This document shows positions 24,558 to 34,171 of a DNA stretch of 41,071 nucleotides, piece after piece; positions within the stretch are counted from its first letter, which is position 1, and each line of letters begins with the position of its first letter. The DNA is from a virus (lineage: Duplodnaviria; Caudoviricetes), in IMG/VR virus record IMGVR_UViG_3300037047_000141, positions 1-41,071 of that record; one strand, 5' to 3'. A program made the position numbers and the translations under genes. Below the pieces are notes generated by a model that searched no databases, was not told the DNA's origin, and was given only the letters and a program-made list of their open reading frames with translations.

Positions 24558-24734
24558 ATGGCAAAAGAAAACAAACCGGTCAAACTCACTGAGAAAGTGA
24601 AGATCGTTGCTACCACAAAAGCAAAACACATGGTTCCTGGTGAGGAATATGAAGTGCACCCAATACAGGCAGATTTGCTGAAAAATAAAGGGTGGGCAGA
24701 GGATCCCGGAAAGAAATCCAAGAAAGCTGAGTAA
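24558..24734 (+). CDS. Small head-associated protein (58 aa, not in ORF track)
   Basis: MAKENKPVKLTEKVKIVATTKAKHMVPGEEYEVHPIQADLLKNKGWAEDPGKKSKKAE; fills the gap and ends 2 nt before the next ATG. Confidence 0.75.
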   Translation: MAKENKPVKLTEKVKIVATTKAKHMVPGEEYEVHPIQADLLKNKGWAEDPGKKSKKAE

Positions 24735-24736
24735 CC

Positions 24737-25240
24737 ATGCTGATTGATCAGTCCTATTTCGTTGGAGAAATTCTCGTCCCAAACCTGACAGGTGTGGGTC
24801 CAATCCCGGCTGGGAATGTCGAGGAACTGAACCGGTTCATTGTAAAATATGAACCGGACTACCTTGATGAAGTTCTCGGCTCTGGCTTGTCTGAAGCTTT
24901 TCAGGCAGGCGTTTCAATTGCAACTCCGGATCAAAGGTGGATAGACCTGAAGGCGAAGCTACTTAATGCAACTAGGAAAGAATCTCCTATTGCAGGCTAT
25001 GTTTACTACCATATCTACCGTGACCGTTTATCCACCAGCTCCGGACTTGGTGAAATTGAATCTGCCGCTGAGAATGCCAATGTCGTACTCAACACCGACA
25101 AAATGATGAGAGCTTACAATGATGCTGTCAGGAAGGGAAGGGCTGCTTTTGAGTGGGTAAAAACCAACTCAACGTCCTATCCGGAATTTGATCTAACACA
25201 CTGCTTCAAACTATCAACTGTCAACACTTTTGGAATATGA
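24737..25240 (+). CDS. Putative head-tail adaptor
   Basis: Position after the capsid; FIVKYEP.YL..VLG and SPIAGYVYY motifs. Confidence 0.65.
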   Translation: MLIDQSYFVGEILVPNLTGVGPIPAGNVEELNRFIVKYEPDYLDEVLGSGLSEAFQAGVSIATPDQRWIDLKAKLLNATRKESPIAGYVYYHIYRDRLSTSSGLGEIESAAENANVVLNTDKMMRAYNDAVRKGRAAFEWVKTNSTSYPEFDLTHCFKLSTVNTFGI

Positions 25241-25749
25241 GTTCGCCTGTAATCATCGATATCTTCAGGAACATCACGGATAAGGCTTCCGTAAACCTGG
25301 GCATGTCCTTGAATTACATGCATGGCCACCCGAAGGAAATCACTGATAGCCTTACCGAGATGACCAAGAACCCGAAGGCAGCTGCCGGTAAATATCCTCT
25401 TGTTGCTCTTTTCCAGGACTTCGAAGAGGATAAATCAGGTGACTTTATCAAGGTTAAGCTGCAGATGATCATTGCTGTGTTGACAAGCAATAAGATGAAA
25501 GCCCCGGAGAGATATGATGCTTCATTCAGGCCTTTCCTGTATCCGATTTATGATGAACTGATCAAGGTGATTCCCAAATCAGGATACTTCAATGAAACAA
25601 CAGTAAAGCAGGTAAAGCACATCAAGATTGATAGGCTTTTCTGGGGCAGGAATGGCTTGTATGGCAATCAGGGTAATGTCTTCAACGACTATGTGGACTG
25701 TATCGAAATCAAGAATTTATCGCTTAATGTTAAACCAATTAAATGTTAA
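25237..25749 (+). CDS. Putative tail-completion/terminator protein
   Basis: Position before the major tail protein; KYPLVAL motif. Confidence 0.6.
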   Translation: MSSPVIIDIFRNITDKASVNLGMSLNYMHGHPKEITDSLTEMTKNPKAAAGKYPLVALFQDFEEDKSGDFIKVKLQMIIAVLTSNKMKAPERYDASFRPFLYPIYDELIKVIPKSGYFNETTVKQVKHIKIDRLFWGRNGLYGNQGNVFNDYVDCIEIKNLSLNVKPIKC

Positions 25750-25752
25750 TCA

Positions 25753-26679
25753 ATGGCTGAGTTAAATAACCCAGGTTGTGTCCTGGTACTGGGAGCGAAC
25801 ACCGGAATTCCCGGTTGTGATTTTGCTCCTGATAAGTTTGTCGGGGCAATCCTGATTGACAAATCAACCATCATCGCTGATGCCGATATCCCGAGCATCA
25901 TCGCGAAGCTCCAAGAGCTTACCCTCGTTACCGGCCAAGGTCGGATTCATCCAATTTTCCGTTTTGAGGAAATCGCTGATAACTCCGCAGAGGAGACTGT
26001 TGCAACCCTTGGATATGGCTCTATGCAAGTCGTTAAGGAAGGGAAATATGACTGGACATTCCGGATCGTAAAAGGAGGCTTATGCCTTAACAACAAACTG
26101 CGTGCTTTCAACAAATCAAACAAGAAAGTTTTGTTTGTCGATTCGAGCAATGTAATCTATGGTACCAGAGTAGAAGGCGGTATTACCGGTTTCACAATGG
26201 ATTTCTTCTATGCCAAACCTTTCAAAGCAAACGATGCCAGCAATGCTGCAATTTTCAATGTTCGCTTTGCACTTGCAAAACCTGAGGAATTCAATGAGAA
26301 AGTTGCTTTCGTGAAAACCGATCAGGATGTGGAAGAATCTGTAAAAGGTTTGCTCGATTTGGAACTGGTTCAGCTGGCCGTTGCTGCCGGTAAAGTTACA
26401 GTCGGTATCAGAACCGCATGTGACAAAGTGGATATCTATGAAGCCCTCGGGGATGCACTCGCTGCAGGTGAACTGTGGAAAGTAACCAAGGACGGAGCAC
26501 CCGTGGTGGTTACTTCGGTTGCAAAAAATGATGTTGCTGGTGGATGGGATGTCAGCTTTGTTGGTGTCGGTGAGCATGCTATTACCCTGGTGTCTGCTTC
26601 AGAATTGGCCGCTGCCAATATCGGAGGATATCCGGAGAATGGATATGAAGCCGGAATTCTGAAATCAATCTTACCTTAA
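25753..26679 (+). CDS. Putative major tail tube protein
   Basis: 308 aa, beta-rich; NTGIPGC N-terminus; synteny. Confidence 0.7.
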   Translation: MAELNNPGCVLVLGANTGIPGCDFAPDKFVGAILIDKSTIIADADIPSIIAKLQELTLVTGQGRIHPIFRFEEIADNSAEETVATLGYGSMQVVKEGKYDWTFRIVKGGLCLNNKLRAFNKSNKKVLFVDSSNVIYGTRVEGGITGFTMDFFYAKPFKANDASNAAIFNVRFALAKPEEFNEKVAFVKTDQDVEESVKGLLDLELVQLAVAAGKVTVGIRTACDKVDIYEALGDALAAGELWKVTKDGAPVVVTSVAKNDVAGGWDVSFVGVGEHAITLVSASELAAANIGGYPENGYEAGILKSILP

Positions 26680-26694
26680 TCCGGAGGAATGATC

Positions 26695-26916
26695 ATGGGA
26701 AAGGACGTGTTTATTAAGATGGACGGGGCTTCGGTTAACGTAGCCCACGTCCTTTCCTTTTCAACAGAAAAGGAATTCGTGGAAGCTTTTGATGATAAGC
26801 TATACAATGGCCGAGAACAAAAAGTCCGCAAAGCTCAACTAAAATCACTCTATAAACTCGCAAAAAGACAAGCAGATGAACTTTCAAAAACCACTATCGG
26901 GAAGGATAACAAGTAG
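26695..26916 (+). CDS. Hypothetical protein (start 26695 or 26689)
   Basis: GGAGG at 26683-26687 is better spaced for the ATG at 26695. Confidence 0.6.
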   Translation: MGKDVFIKMDGASVNVAHVLSFSTEKEFVEAFDDKLYNGREQKVRKAQLKSLYKLAKRQADELSKTTIGKDNK

Positions 26917-27265
26917 GTTTGGTCCAAGGAAGCATCCTGTCTCTGGTAAGGTCGGATCATTTCATAACGGGATTGACATTTCCGCTCCAACGGGAACCGA
27001 TATTGTTGCTCCGGACTCAGGAAGAATATCAGAGGTATGGACTCACGAGAAGGGCGGAAAATGCATGGCCATGATTGGTCGTACTGGAATCCGGTTTGGT
27101 TTCGCTCATCTGGATCAGCAACTTAAGAAAGTTGGCGACATTGTCAATATGGGTGATGTTATCGCTAAATGTGGCAATACCGGAGTCAGCACCGGCAGTC
27201 ACTTACACTTCACTGTCAAACAAAACGGAAACTGGGTTAATCCTGAAACTTACTTCAAATTCTAA
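26876..27265 (+). CDS. M23-family Zn peptidase, probable endolysin
   Basis: ITSRFGPR, HNGID (HxxxD), FAHL, GNTG.STGSHLHF (HxH); no signal peptide. Confidence 0.92.
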   Translation: MNFQKPLSGRITSRFGPRKHPVSGKVGSFHNGIDISAPTGTDIVAPDSGRISEVWTHEKGGKCMAMIGRTGIRFGFAHLDQQLKKVGDIVNMGDVIAKCGNTGVSTGSHLHFTVKQNGNWVNPETYFKF

Positions 27266-27639
27266 TGGAGAACTTCAATAGCATCATATACACAGTGATA
27301 GCTTCTATTGCTACAGGGCTAGGTGGTTGGTTGTTTGGTAGGCGAAAAAATAACGCTGATGCTAGGCTTGTTGAGGCACAAGCGAAGCTGGAGGAAACCA
27401 GGGCGCAAACTCAGCAGATCGAGAACCTTGGAAAAGCAGTTGATATCTGGAAGGAGGCAGCTGAGAATCTCAATGCTCAATTGAAAATTTATGTCGAAGA
27501 AATGCAACGTTTGAAACTCGAGAACAATGAGATTAAAGTCAAGTTCGAAGAGCTTAATGTGGCTTTAAATAAAGTTCAATGTGAGAATGGCCGGTTGAAA
27601 AAGGAAATCGAGAAGCTAAAGAATCCTGGTAATGACTGA
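27265..27639 (+). CDS. Holin-like protein (N-terminal TM plus coiled coil)
   Basis: IIYTVIASIATGLGGWLFGRRK followed by a long coiled coil; coupled to the peptidase. Confidence 0.6.
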   Translation: MENFNSIIYTVIASIATGLGGWLFGRRKNNADARLVEAQAKLEETRAQTQQIENLGKAVDIWKEAAENLNAQLKIYVEEMQRLKLENNEIKVKFEELNVALNKVQCENGRLKKEIEKLKNPGND

Positions 27640-28045
27640 TGCAGCAGGCTTATTGGATACTTTGAATCAGCTGGATGTCGGTCGTGAATCAAAGGCAGCA
27701 ATCGGGAGGACAAGGGATGGTATTCTTGATCTCAACCGGGAACAGTTGCTTCATGGTTTAAGAGCTGACAGAACTACCATGCCAGACTATTCATACATTT
27801 CAGTAACAATGTTTGGTAAGCCTCAAGGACCAATAATGCTGTATGATACGGGTTCATTTCATAACTCATTTCAGCTTGATGTAGATTCGGATGAATTTGA
27901 GATTCTGGCAGAGGATCTTCATGAACTGGAGGAACGATATGGGGAGGAGATTTATGGCCTTACTCCATCAAATCAGGAGTATTACAACCAGGAAGTTTTC
28001 TTCCCGGAATTGATGTCAGCGGTTGAGGAATTAACAGGCTTATGA
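27632..28045 (+). CDS. Putative tail/neck morphogenesis protein
   Basis: LYDTGSF motif reminiscent of virion morphogenesis proteins; synteny. Confidence 0.55.
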   Translation: MTDAAGLLDTLNQLDVGRESKAAIGRTRDGILDLNREQLLHGLRADRTTMPDYSYISVTMFGKPQGPIMLYDTGSFHNSFQLDVDSDEFEILAEDLHELEERYGEEIYGLTPSNQEYYNQEVFFPELMSAVEELTGL

Positions 28046-28254
28046 GTTGCGGTTGCTTACAACAAAGTAAAGAAAGGCTTAATTATGACAACATCAAACG
28101 GATTGCCATTAAATGGGCTGCCCAGGAGAATAAAGAGTATTTTCTCTTCCGTCATCAGGAAGGGATTTTCGGCTTTATTGCAATTGATGACCCGCAAGCA
28201 TCGGAGCAAACCCCTATCGAATTTATACACCCGTTGCAGTCAGACTCCGCTTGA
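28042..28254 (+). CDS. Small hypothetical protein (MSCGC N-terminus)
   Basis: ATGA-coupled start. Confidence 0.65.
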   Translation: MSCGCLQQSKERLNYDNIKRIAIKWAAQENKEYFLFRHQEGIFGFIAIDDPQASEQTPIEFIHPLQSDSA

Positions 28255-28849
28255 AGTTTTTATCGATGTCCTGGTTAATAAGAATCTGAACCGGCTTGTC
28301 AGGTATGGTAAAGCAACCCAGAATCAGATGAACGAAGCCTGGGAATTAATCTTTACAGAATACTGTGAGATTTCAGGATCTCCGCAGTATCAAAGGCTGC
28401 TTAATCTTTCCCGGGAAATAGGAGGGCTTCAGAGTAAACTTCTTTCAATCCAGCTATGCATTAGGGTTTTGGGTTACCGGTATAGCTCCAAGTGTGTGGC
28501 AACTCTGAGACGGCTTGGATACAATTACAGATTCAACCTTCAGGATCCGGAAGGATATCTTAAGGATATAAAAGCTGTGATGACAAAAAGTAAATCAGTT
28601 GAATTGGCGCTGGATCAATCCCTGGTCGATTATAACAAGCTCATGAAGGAATCGGACGGGAAGAACCTATCAGAAGAATATTTCCAAAAGGCTTTGGTTG
28701 AGCTTTCAAAGTTTATGGGATTCCGGATCGATGCAAAGGAAGTTACTGTTTCGGAGTATGTCGCGATTGTGAAACGGAGGGAAAAGGAAATAGAATACTT
28801 ACTGAGCAAGCAAATACCCAACAAAAAAGCACATGCCAATAATTACTAA
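28187..28849 (+). CDS. Putative tail-assembly chaperone (start probably 28187, not 28085)
   Basis: Helical protein preceding the tape measure; LSKFMGF.ID...VTVSEY motif. Confidence 0.55.
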   Translation: MTRKHRSKPLSNLYTRCSQTPLEVFIDVLVNKNLNRLVRYGKATQNQMNEAWELIFTEYCEISGSPQYQRLLNLSREIGGLQSKLLSIQLCIRVLGYRYSSKCVATLRRLGYNYRFNLQDPEGYLKDIKAVMTKSKSVELALDQSLVDYNKLMKESDGKNLSEEYFQKALVELSKFMGFRIDAKEVTVSEYVAIVKRREKEIEYLLSKQIPNKKAHANNY

Positions 28850-29065
28850 CCAATATATGAACCCTAGACCGGCAAAAACAAAAGGAGGTTCATTCTCGAA
28901 TTTCTTGCATTCTCGTTTCCACCTGATTTCATCAGCCTTTTTATGTATGTCCTCTTCTACACTTTTCACAAGATGTGCATACTCAACGACATCAAGACCC
29001 AGTTTTTCCCAGGGGGTTTCTGCTCTCTTTTGCAGTTGTTTCACTTCCTGATTGCTTGTTTCCAT
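28799..29065 (-). CDS. Antisense-oriented small protein with C-terminal TM (moron-like)
   Basis: 88 aa ending FVFAGLGFIYWLVIIGMCFFVGYLL; TATTTTTG element 4 nt upstream of the ATG. Confidence 0.6.
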   Translation of the reverse strand: METSNQEVKQLQKRAETPWEKLGLDVVEYAHLVKSVEEDIHKKADEIRWKRECKKFENEPPFVFAGLGFIYWLVIIGMCFFVGYLLAQ

Positions 29066-29084
29066 AATTCAAAAATACTAAATA

Positions 29085-32000
29085 ATGGCTTCCAAAGGTA
29101 GAATTGATTCAATTGTTGATATACCCAAAATTCAGGATGAAATCAAATTCCTGACAGGGAGTCTTGAGCGTGTATTGGATCAGATTGAGTCTATCGCTGA
29201 AGCTGGTGCTAAGCTGAAATTTGAAGGTTTTGGACAAGCGAAATCAATTAAGGAAACTGCCGCTGCCACAACAGAAATGGAAAAGGCCTTAAAGGATATT
29301 GAAAGTCTTACGGCTCAATTAAACAAGATATCAAATGAAAGGCTTGAACTTGAAAAGAAGTTAATTAGTATTGAAAAAGAAAGGGTGTCAGTAAGCCAGG
29401 GAAATGCCAAAGTAACTCAGGATGAAGCGAGCTGGTCACTAAAGAAAGTGTCGGCTGTTTTTGAAGAGGTAAAACTTACAAAGGAGCTAAAGGATGTAAT
29501 TAATTCTGTGCTTGGGACCAAGCAGGAGAATATAAAAAGACTAGCTGAAGAGCAAGCCAGATTGAAGGAAGTGAACTCTTCTATGCGGGACAATGCAAAG
29601 GCATTTGAGAATGGTGCGAAAAATGGAAAAGAATACCTCGCAACCCAGCAAAGATTGATCGATGAGCAAAGTACTTTAAAGGTTGCCATCAGTGAACTAA
29701 CTGCTAGAATCAAGCAGGAAGAAAAAATTGAACAGGCGGCAACAGGAACTGCAAAGGAGAAATCTTTAATACTTGATAAACTAAGGGAAGCTTACAAAAA
29801 CCTGTCTGAAGAACAAAAGAACAATTCTTCGATTGGTGGCCAGCTTCAGAAAGAAATTAGCAAGATGGATGCAGGGCTTAAAGAGTACGATGCGACCATC
29901 GGCAACCATCAGCGCAATGTTGGGGATTATGAAATTGCTGGCCGGTCTATGAGAACCGAGTTGATGCTCATGACTGAGCAACTTGCGAGGATGAAGCAAG
30001 AAGGATTGGAGGATTCAGATGTATTTAAAGAGCTTTCTTTGCGTGCCGGTGAAATGAGGGATGCTTTTGATGATGCTCGGGCTGAAGTAAAGAAACTTGC
30101 TTCTGACACTGGCGGTCTGGATCAATTGATTTCTGTCGCGGAGGGGTTGGCCGGAGCATATACTGCCATTGAGGGTGCATCTGCTTTATTGGGAGTTAAG
30201 AATGAAGAACTTCAACAAACCTTTGTCAAACTTCAGGCTGCAATGGCCGTTCTCAATGGCTTGAGATCAATCCAGAATGTTCTTCAAAAGGAGAGTGCTG
30301 CTTATACCCTGGCGGAGAACCTTCAGAAGAAATTGAGTGTACTTCTTACCTATGCACAGAATAAAGCTGAGACAGGAGGAATCCTTACTCGTAAACTTGC
30401 TACGGCTGCTCAGTGGGCTCTTAATAAAGCTATGTTGGCTAATCCTGCCGGACTTCTTTTGGCAGCTTTAGCAGCTTTAGTTGCTATTGGTTATGTGCTT
30501 TTTAAAGTGTTTACTTCCAATGCCGAGATTCAAAAAACCTATGCATCTGCCATCCGGAGTACTCAAAAAGCAGTTGTGAATCTCAATAGGGAGCTTGAAA
30601 GAAATATCAAGGTAATGGAAGCCACCGGATCAACTCAACAAGATATCATAAAAGAAAAGATTAGAGCTGCTGAGGATGAGTATAAACGGCAATCTGTTCT
30701 AATCCGTATGCTTATAGCTGAATATAAGAACCTGACTGATGAGCAAAAAGAGCAATTAAAAGAACTTCAGAAATCACAGGAAGAGAACAATAAACGGATT
30801 GCAGATCTGAATGATGATCTATATATAAACAGCCTGAAGCAGCAGAAACAAACTCAAAAGCTGAAACTTGAAAACATGAAGGAAGGCCTAAATAGAGAGC
30901 TTTCACTCCTGAAATTTGAAGCTGATCAGCAAATTAGAGAGGCTGGGAATAATGCTGAATTGGCAATGCAAATCAAATCAAATCAGCTTAAGCGAGAACA
31001 TGAGATCAGGAAAAAGTACGCACATGATTATCTGAAGACTGAAAAGGAAACTATCAGTAAGCTCAATGAAAGTAGAATCGGCATCATGCAAGATGGATTT
31101 GAAAAAGAGTTGGCAGATTTGCGTTTTCAATACCAGCAAAGAATTTCTGATCTGGAAATGCAACTAAAAACTGAGGAGCATCTTACCCAGGAGCAGCGTT
31201 CTCGGATCAAGGAAACGATTCTCAACACTCAAAAGGAACTTGCCAAAGAGGAAGAGAAACTTATTATTGAATCCTCCATAACTGCAAATCAAAAACATAT
31301 AGAGTTAATTAATACCCGGTTAGATACTGTTAGAAAAGGGTCAAGTGATGAATTGGAATTGAAACTTAAGTCCATCGACTTACAGCGCCTAATAGAACTA
31401 GCAGAAGCAGAGAAAACCGGACTTGATAAACAGGCCATTATCGATAAATATAATAAGCTGGCAGCTGATGAGAGTTACAACTTTTTAATTGCTCAGCTTG
31501 ATGTTGAATCGCGTACCAGGATACTTTCTCTTGATCGGTTAAGGCAAATAGAACTCCGATCACTTCGGGATCAGCTAGAGCAAAAGCTTATCACATCGGA
31601 AGAGTATGCTCAAAAGATTGAGGAGGTTGAGTCAAAGTATAATATCAAGAAGGCTGAGAATGCTCTGAAACTGGCACAGCAGGAGCTTGATAAGATCAAG
31701 GAACTCGGTGGAGATACTTTGGCAGCTGAGGAGAAACTCACTGCCGCACAGATGGCCTTGGATGATACCAAGACTGCAAACTTCATTCGGAACCGGGAGA
31801 AAGAAAAGGAGGCTCAGCAACAATTAAATGAGAGGTTAACTGAGCTTGGGCAGGAATTGTTTAATACAGCCCAAGCAGTTAGTGATGCTACATTCTCTAA
31901 CAGGATCCAGAATATAGATTCTGAAGCCAAAAAGGATGAAGATGAAAAAGCTAAAGAGCTTCAGCGAGCAGGAAACAATAAGGCGCTTATTGAACAGATT

Positions 32001-32654
32001 AATGCGAAATATGATGCCAGGGAAAAGCAGAGAGATGCTCAGAGACGTAAGATAGAAGTTGAACAGGCCAAGTTTGCTAAGACTGCAGCCATTTTTCAGA
32101 TCGCAATTAATACCGCTCAGGCAATATCAAAGATTTGGGCTGAAGTACCAAAAGTAGATTTTGGAGTTTCAACAATAGCATTAACCGCAGTTGCAGCTGG
32201 TATTGGACTGGCACAAGCCGCAGCGATTGCATCTCAACCGCTGCCAAAGTATTGGCGTGGCCGGGAATCAGGTCCAGCCGAATGGGCTATCGTTGGAGAA
32301 AAAGGACAGGAAGCAATTCAGTATCCATCCGGGGAGACTTTCTTAACACCAGGCAAACCAACTATAACATTCTTACCTGCTAAAGCAAAGGTTATCCCTA
32401 ATCATGAATTAACAGAACTTGCTGAGATGACTGCTTTCCAAAATCTTTCTGCAGCTCCGGTACCTATTTCTTCTTATGATTTCAGGAGGCTAGAAAAAGA
32501 AGTGTCCGGGCTCTATTCGGGTTTCTCGATGCTGGCCGATACAGTCAGGAATAAGAAGGAATTCCATATAAACATTACCGAGAAAGGGATGTACAAACTG
32601 GTTAAGAACGGTCATTCATTCCAGGAGTATTTAAATAGCAAGGTGAGGATATGA
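29085..32654 (+). CDS. Tail tape-measure protein
   Basis: 1189 aa coiled coil; HQRNVGDY, AQWALNKAMLANP plus hydrophobic stretch; C-terminal GPAEWAIVGEKGQE. Confidence 0.92.
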   Translation: MASKGRIDSIVDIPKIQDEIKFLTGSLERVLDQIESIAEAGAKLKFEGFGQAKSIKETAAATTEMEKALKDIESLTAQLNKISNERLELEKKLISIEKERVSVSQGNAKVTQDEASWSLKKVSAVFEEVKLTKELKDVINSVLGTKQENIKRLAEEQARLKEVNSSMRDNAKAFENGAKNGKEYLATQQRLIDEQSTLKVAISELTARIKQEEKIEQAATGTAKEKSLILDKLREAYKNLSEEQKNNSSIGGQLQKEISKMDAGLKEYDATIGNHQRNVGDYEIAGRSMRTELMLMTEQLARMKQEGLEDSDVFKELSLRAGEMRDAFDDARAEVKKLASDTGGLDQLISVAEGLAGAYTAIEGASALLGVKNEELQQTFVKLQAAMAVLNGLRSIQNVLQKESAAYTLAENLQKKLSVLLTYAQNKAETGGILTRKLATAAQWALNKAMLANPAGLLLAALAALVAIGYVLFKVFTSNAEIQKTYASAIRSTQKAVVNLNRELERNIKVMEATGSTQQDIIKEKIRAAEDEYKRQSVLIRMLIAEYKNLTDEQKEQLKELQKSQEENNKRIADLNDDLYINSLKQQKQTQKLKLENMKEGLNRELSLLKFEADQQIREAGNNAELAMQIKSNQLKREHEIRKKYAHDYLKTEKETISKLNESRIGIMQDGFEKELADLRFQYQQRISDLEMQLKTEEHLTQEQRSRIKETILNTQKELAKEEEKLIIESSITANQKHIELINTRLDTVRKGSSDELELKLKSIDLQRLIELAEAEKTGLDKQAIIDKYNKLAADESYNFLIAQLDVESRTRILSLDRLRQIELRSLRDQLEQKLITSEEYAQKIEEVESKYNIKKAENALKLAQQELDKIKELGGDTLAAEEKLTAAQMALDDTKTANFIRNREKEKEAQQQLNERLTELGQELFNTAQAVSDATFSNRIQNIDSEAKKDEDEKAKELQRAGNNKALIEQINAKYDAREKQRDAQRRKIEVEQAKFAKTAAIFQIAINTAQAISKIWAEVPKVDFGVSTIALTAVAAGIGLAQAAAIASQPLPKYWRGRESGPAEWAIVGEKGQEAIQYPSGETFLTPGKPTITFLPAKAKVIPNHELTELAEMTAFQNLSAAPVPISSYDFRRLEKEVSGLYSGFSMLADTVRNKKEFHINITEKGMYKLVKNGHSFQEYLNSKVRI

Positions 32655-34171
32655 AAGACCTGATTTATATTGTTACCAAAGGACTAACGTCAACCACTCT
32701 GGAGCATTCTCCGGATGGGTGGGATGACTCTGTAGTGAACATTGAAAGATCCTTATCATTTTATGGAATCTTTAGAAGCTACACTGTAAGCCTGAAGTTC
32801 ATGTTGGATGGAGCATCCCTGCTTAGGAATTATTTCTATTCGAAAGAAACCGAAGATGTAAAGCTTGTCATTAAGAAACTGGACCGGATGACACTTACCT
32901 ATCAAACGATCTTTACAGGGATATTTGACTTTACAAAATTTGTGGATACTGATTATTATGTTGAAATAGTTATCAATGATAAAGGACTGTCGAACCTGAT
33001 TAAAAGTAATCTTGAGAATGAGTATTATGTAACGTTTCTAACATCGAACTCATTCAGGATCTACGCTGGTAGTTCCTATACAACGGTTGAATTTATTTAC
33101 TTCAGCCGACTGCTGAGCCTTATTCTTGACAGGGCAACAAATGGAGGAGTTAACCAGGGGATTTATGAAATTGATGATCAGGTTTTAACTGCTGAGGAAG
33201 CCGGGTCACTTAGAAAAGTATTGACAAATCACAATGCACTGAAAGGCTTTAAGATGTTCAATGCTAAGACCAGTCTAAAGGATGTCCTGAAGGCGCTGTT
33301 TGTTTTGCATCAAATAACGGCAAGTGTTGAAACTGTTTCCGGGAAAGAAACCCTGGTACTGAAAAAACTGGATGCTGTATTCTCTCATGACAATACTCAG
33401 ACATTAACCAGCCGGATATCAGACTTTAAGTTATCGATCGCCAGTGATTTTATTTTTGATCGTATCAGCATCGGACATCCTTCACAGGATTATGGAGATA
33501 TGGTTGAAGTAAACCGTGAATTCAATTGCACATCAATATTCAAGAGTAAGAATATTATGAATGTCAATTCGGAATTGGATCTGGTTTCCCCATACCGGGC
33601 TGATTGGAAAGGAATGAAGGATTCAAAGAATAAGCCCAATGAGATCGTCGATGAAGATGAACTATTTGTTGGTGTAGTTCAACGAGTTCCTCCTGAAAAT
33701 TATCTCAAGCTGGAAGATGGTGTTGTGTATAATCCTTCATTACTGCCAGCCCAGGCTTGGCATAATACAAGAATTTCACCAAGGCACCTATTGCAATTTC
33801 ATCAGAATTTCATTGATTCCTGCCGGTATGGAGGACCCGGGCTAATTGAGTTTATCAGTTCCTCATTTGTCAATAATGCCAATAATACTACCTACGCAGG
33901 TATTGACCCCGGATTAAATGAAGGATCAGGATTTGAGCATGGAAGTAGCAGTCTGTTTATCCCTCTTTATGCTGAATTTACAACTGACCTACCGGCAGAT
34001 ATTATCATAACAGTTACTGATAATCCATACTCGGATTTTGAATTTCAGTATAACGGTTCATGGTTTTCAGGTTATTTGATTGGTGTAGGATTAAAACTAC
34101 ATGGTAAATCGAGTGCCAAATTTAAACTCCTACTTTCTCCCAGTACTGATCTCTCAAAACTTATACGGTGA
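32651..34171 (+). CDS. Tail-tip/baseplate hub protein
   Basis: Follows the tape measure; PDGWDD..V..ERS..FYGI and HNTRISPRHLL motifs. Confidence 0.7.
   Translation: MKDLIYIVTKGLTSTTLEHSPDGWDDSVVNIERSLSFYGIFRSYTVSLKFMLDGASLLRNYFYSKETEDVKLVIKKLDRMTLTYQTIFTGIFDFTKFVDTDYYVEIVINDKGLSNLIKSNLENEYYVTFLTSNSFRIYAGSSYTTVEFIYFSRLLSLILDRATNGGVNQGIYEIDDQVLTAEEAGSLRKVLTNHNALKGFKMFNAKTSLKDVLKALFVLHQITASVETVSGKETLVLKKLDAVFSHDNTQTLTSRISDFKLSIASDFIFDRISIGHPSQDYGDMVEVNREFNCTSIFKSKNIMNVNSELDLVSPYRADWKGMKDSKNKPNEIVDEDELFVGVVQRVPPENYLKLEDGVVYNPSLLPAQAWHNTRISPRHLLQFHQNFIDSCRYGGPGLIEFISSSFVNNANNTTYAGIDPGLNEGSGFEHGSSSLFIPLYAEFTTDLPADIIITVTDNPYSDFEFQYNGSWFSGYLIGVGLKLHGKSSAKFKLLLSPSTDLSKLIR

Noticed and set aside
28042-28849. 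Programmed -1 frameshift for tail chaperones
   Set aside because: The downstream ORF is in the +1 frame relative to 28042, I saw no convincing slippery heptamer, and it has its own ATG at 28187.
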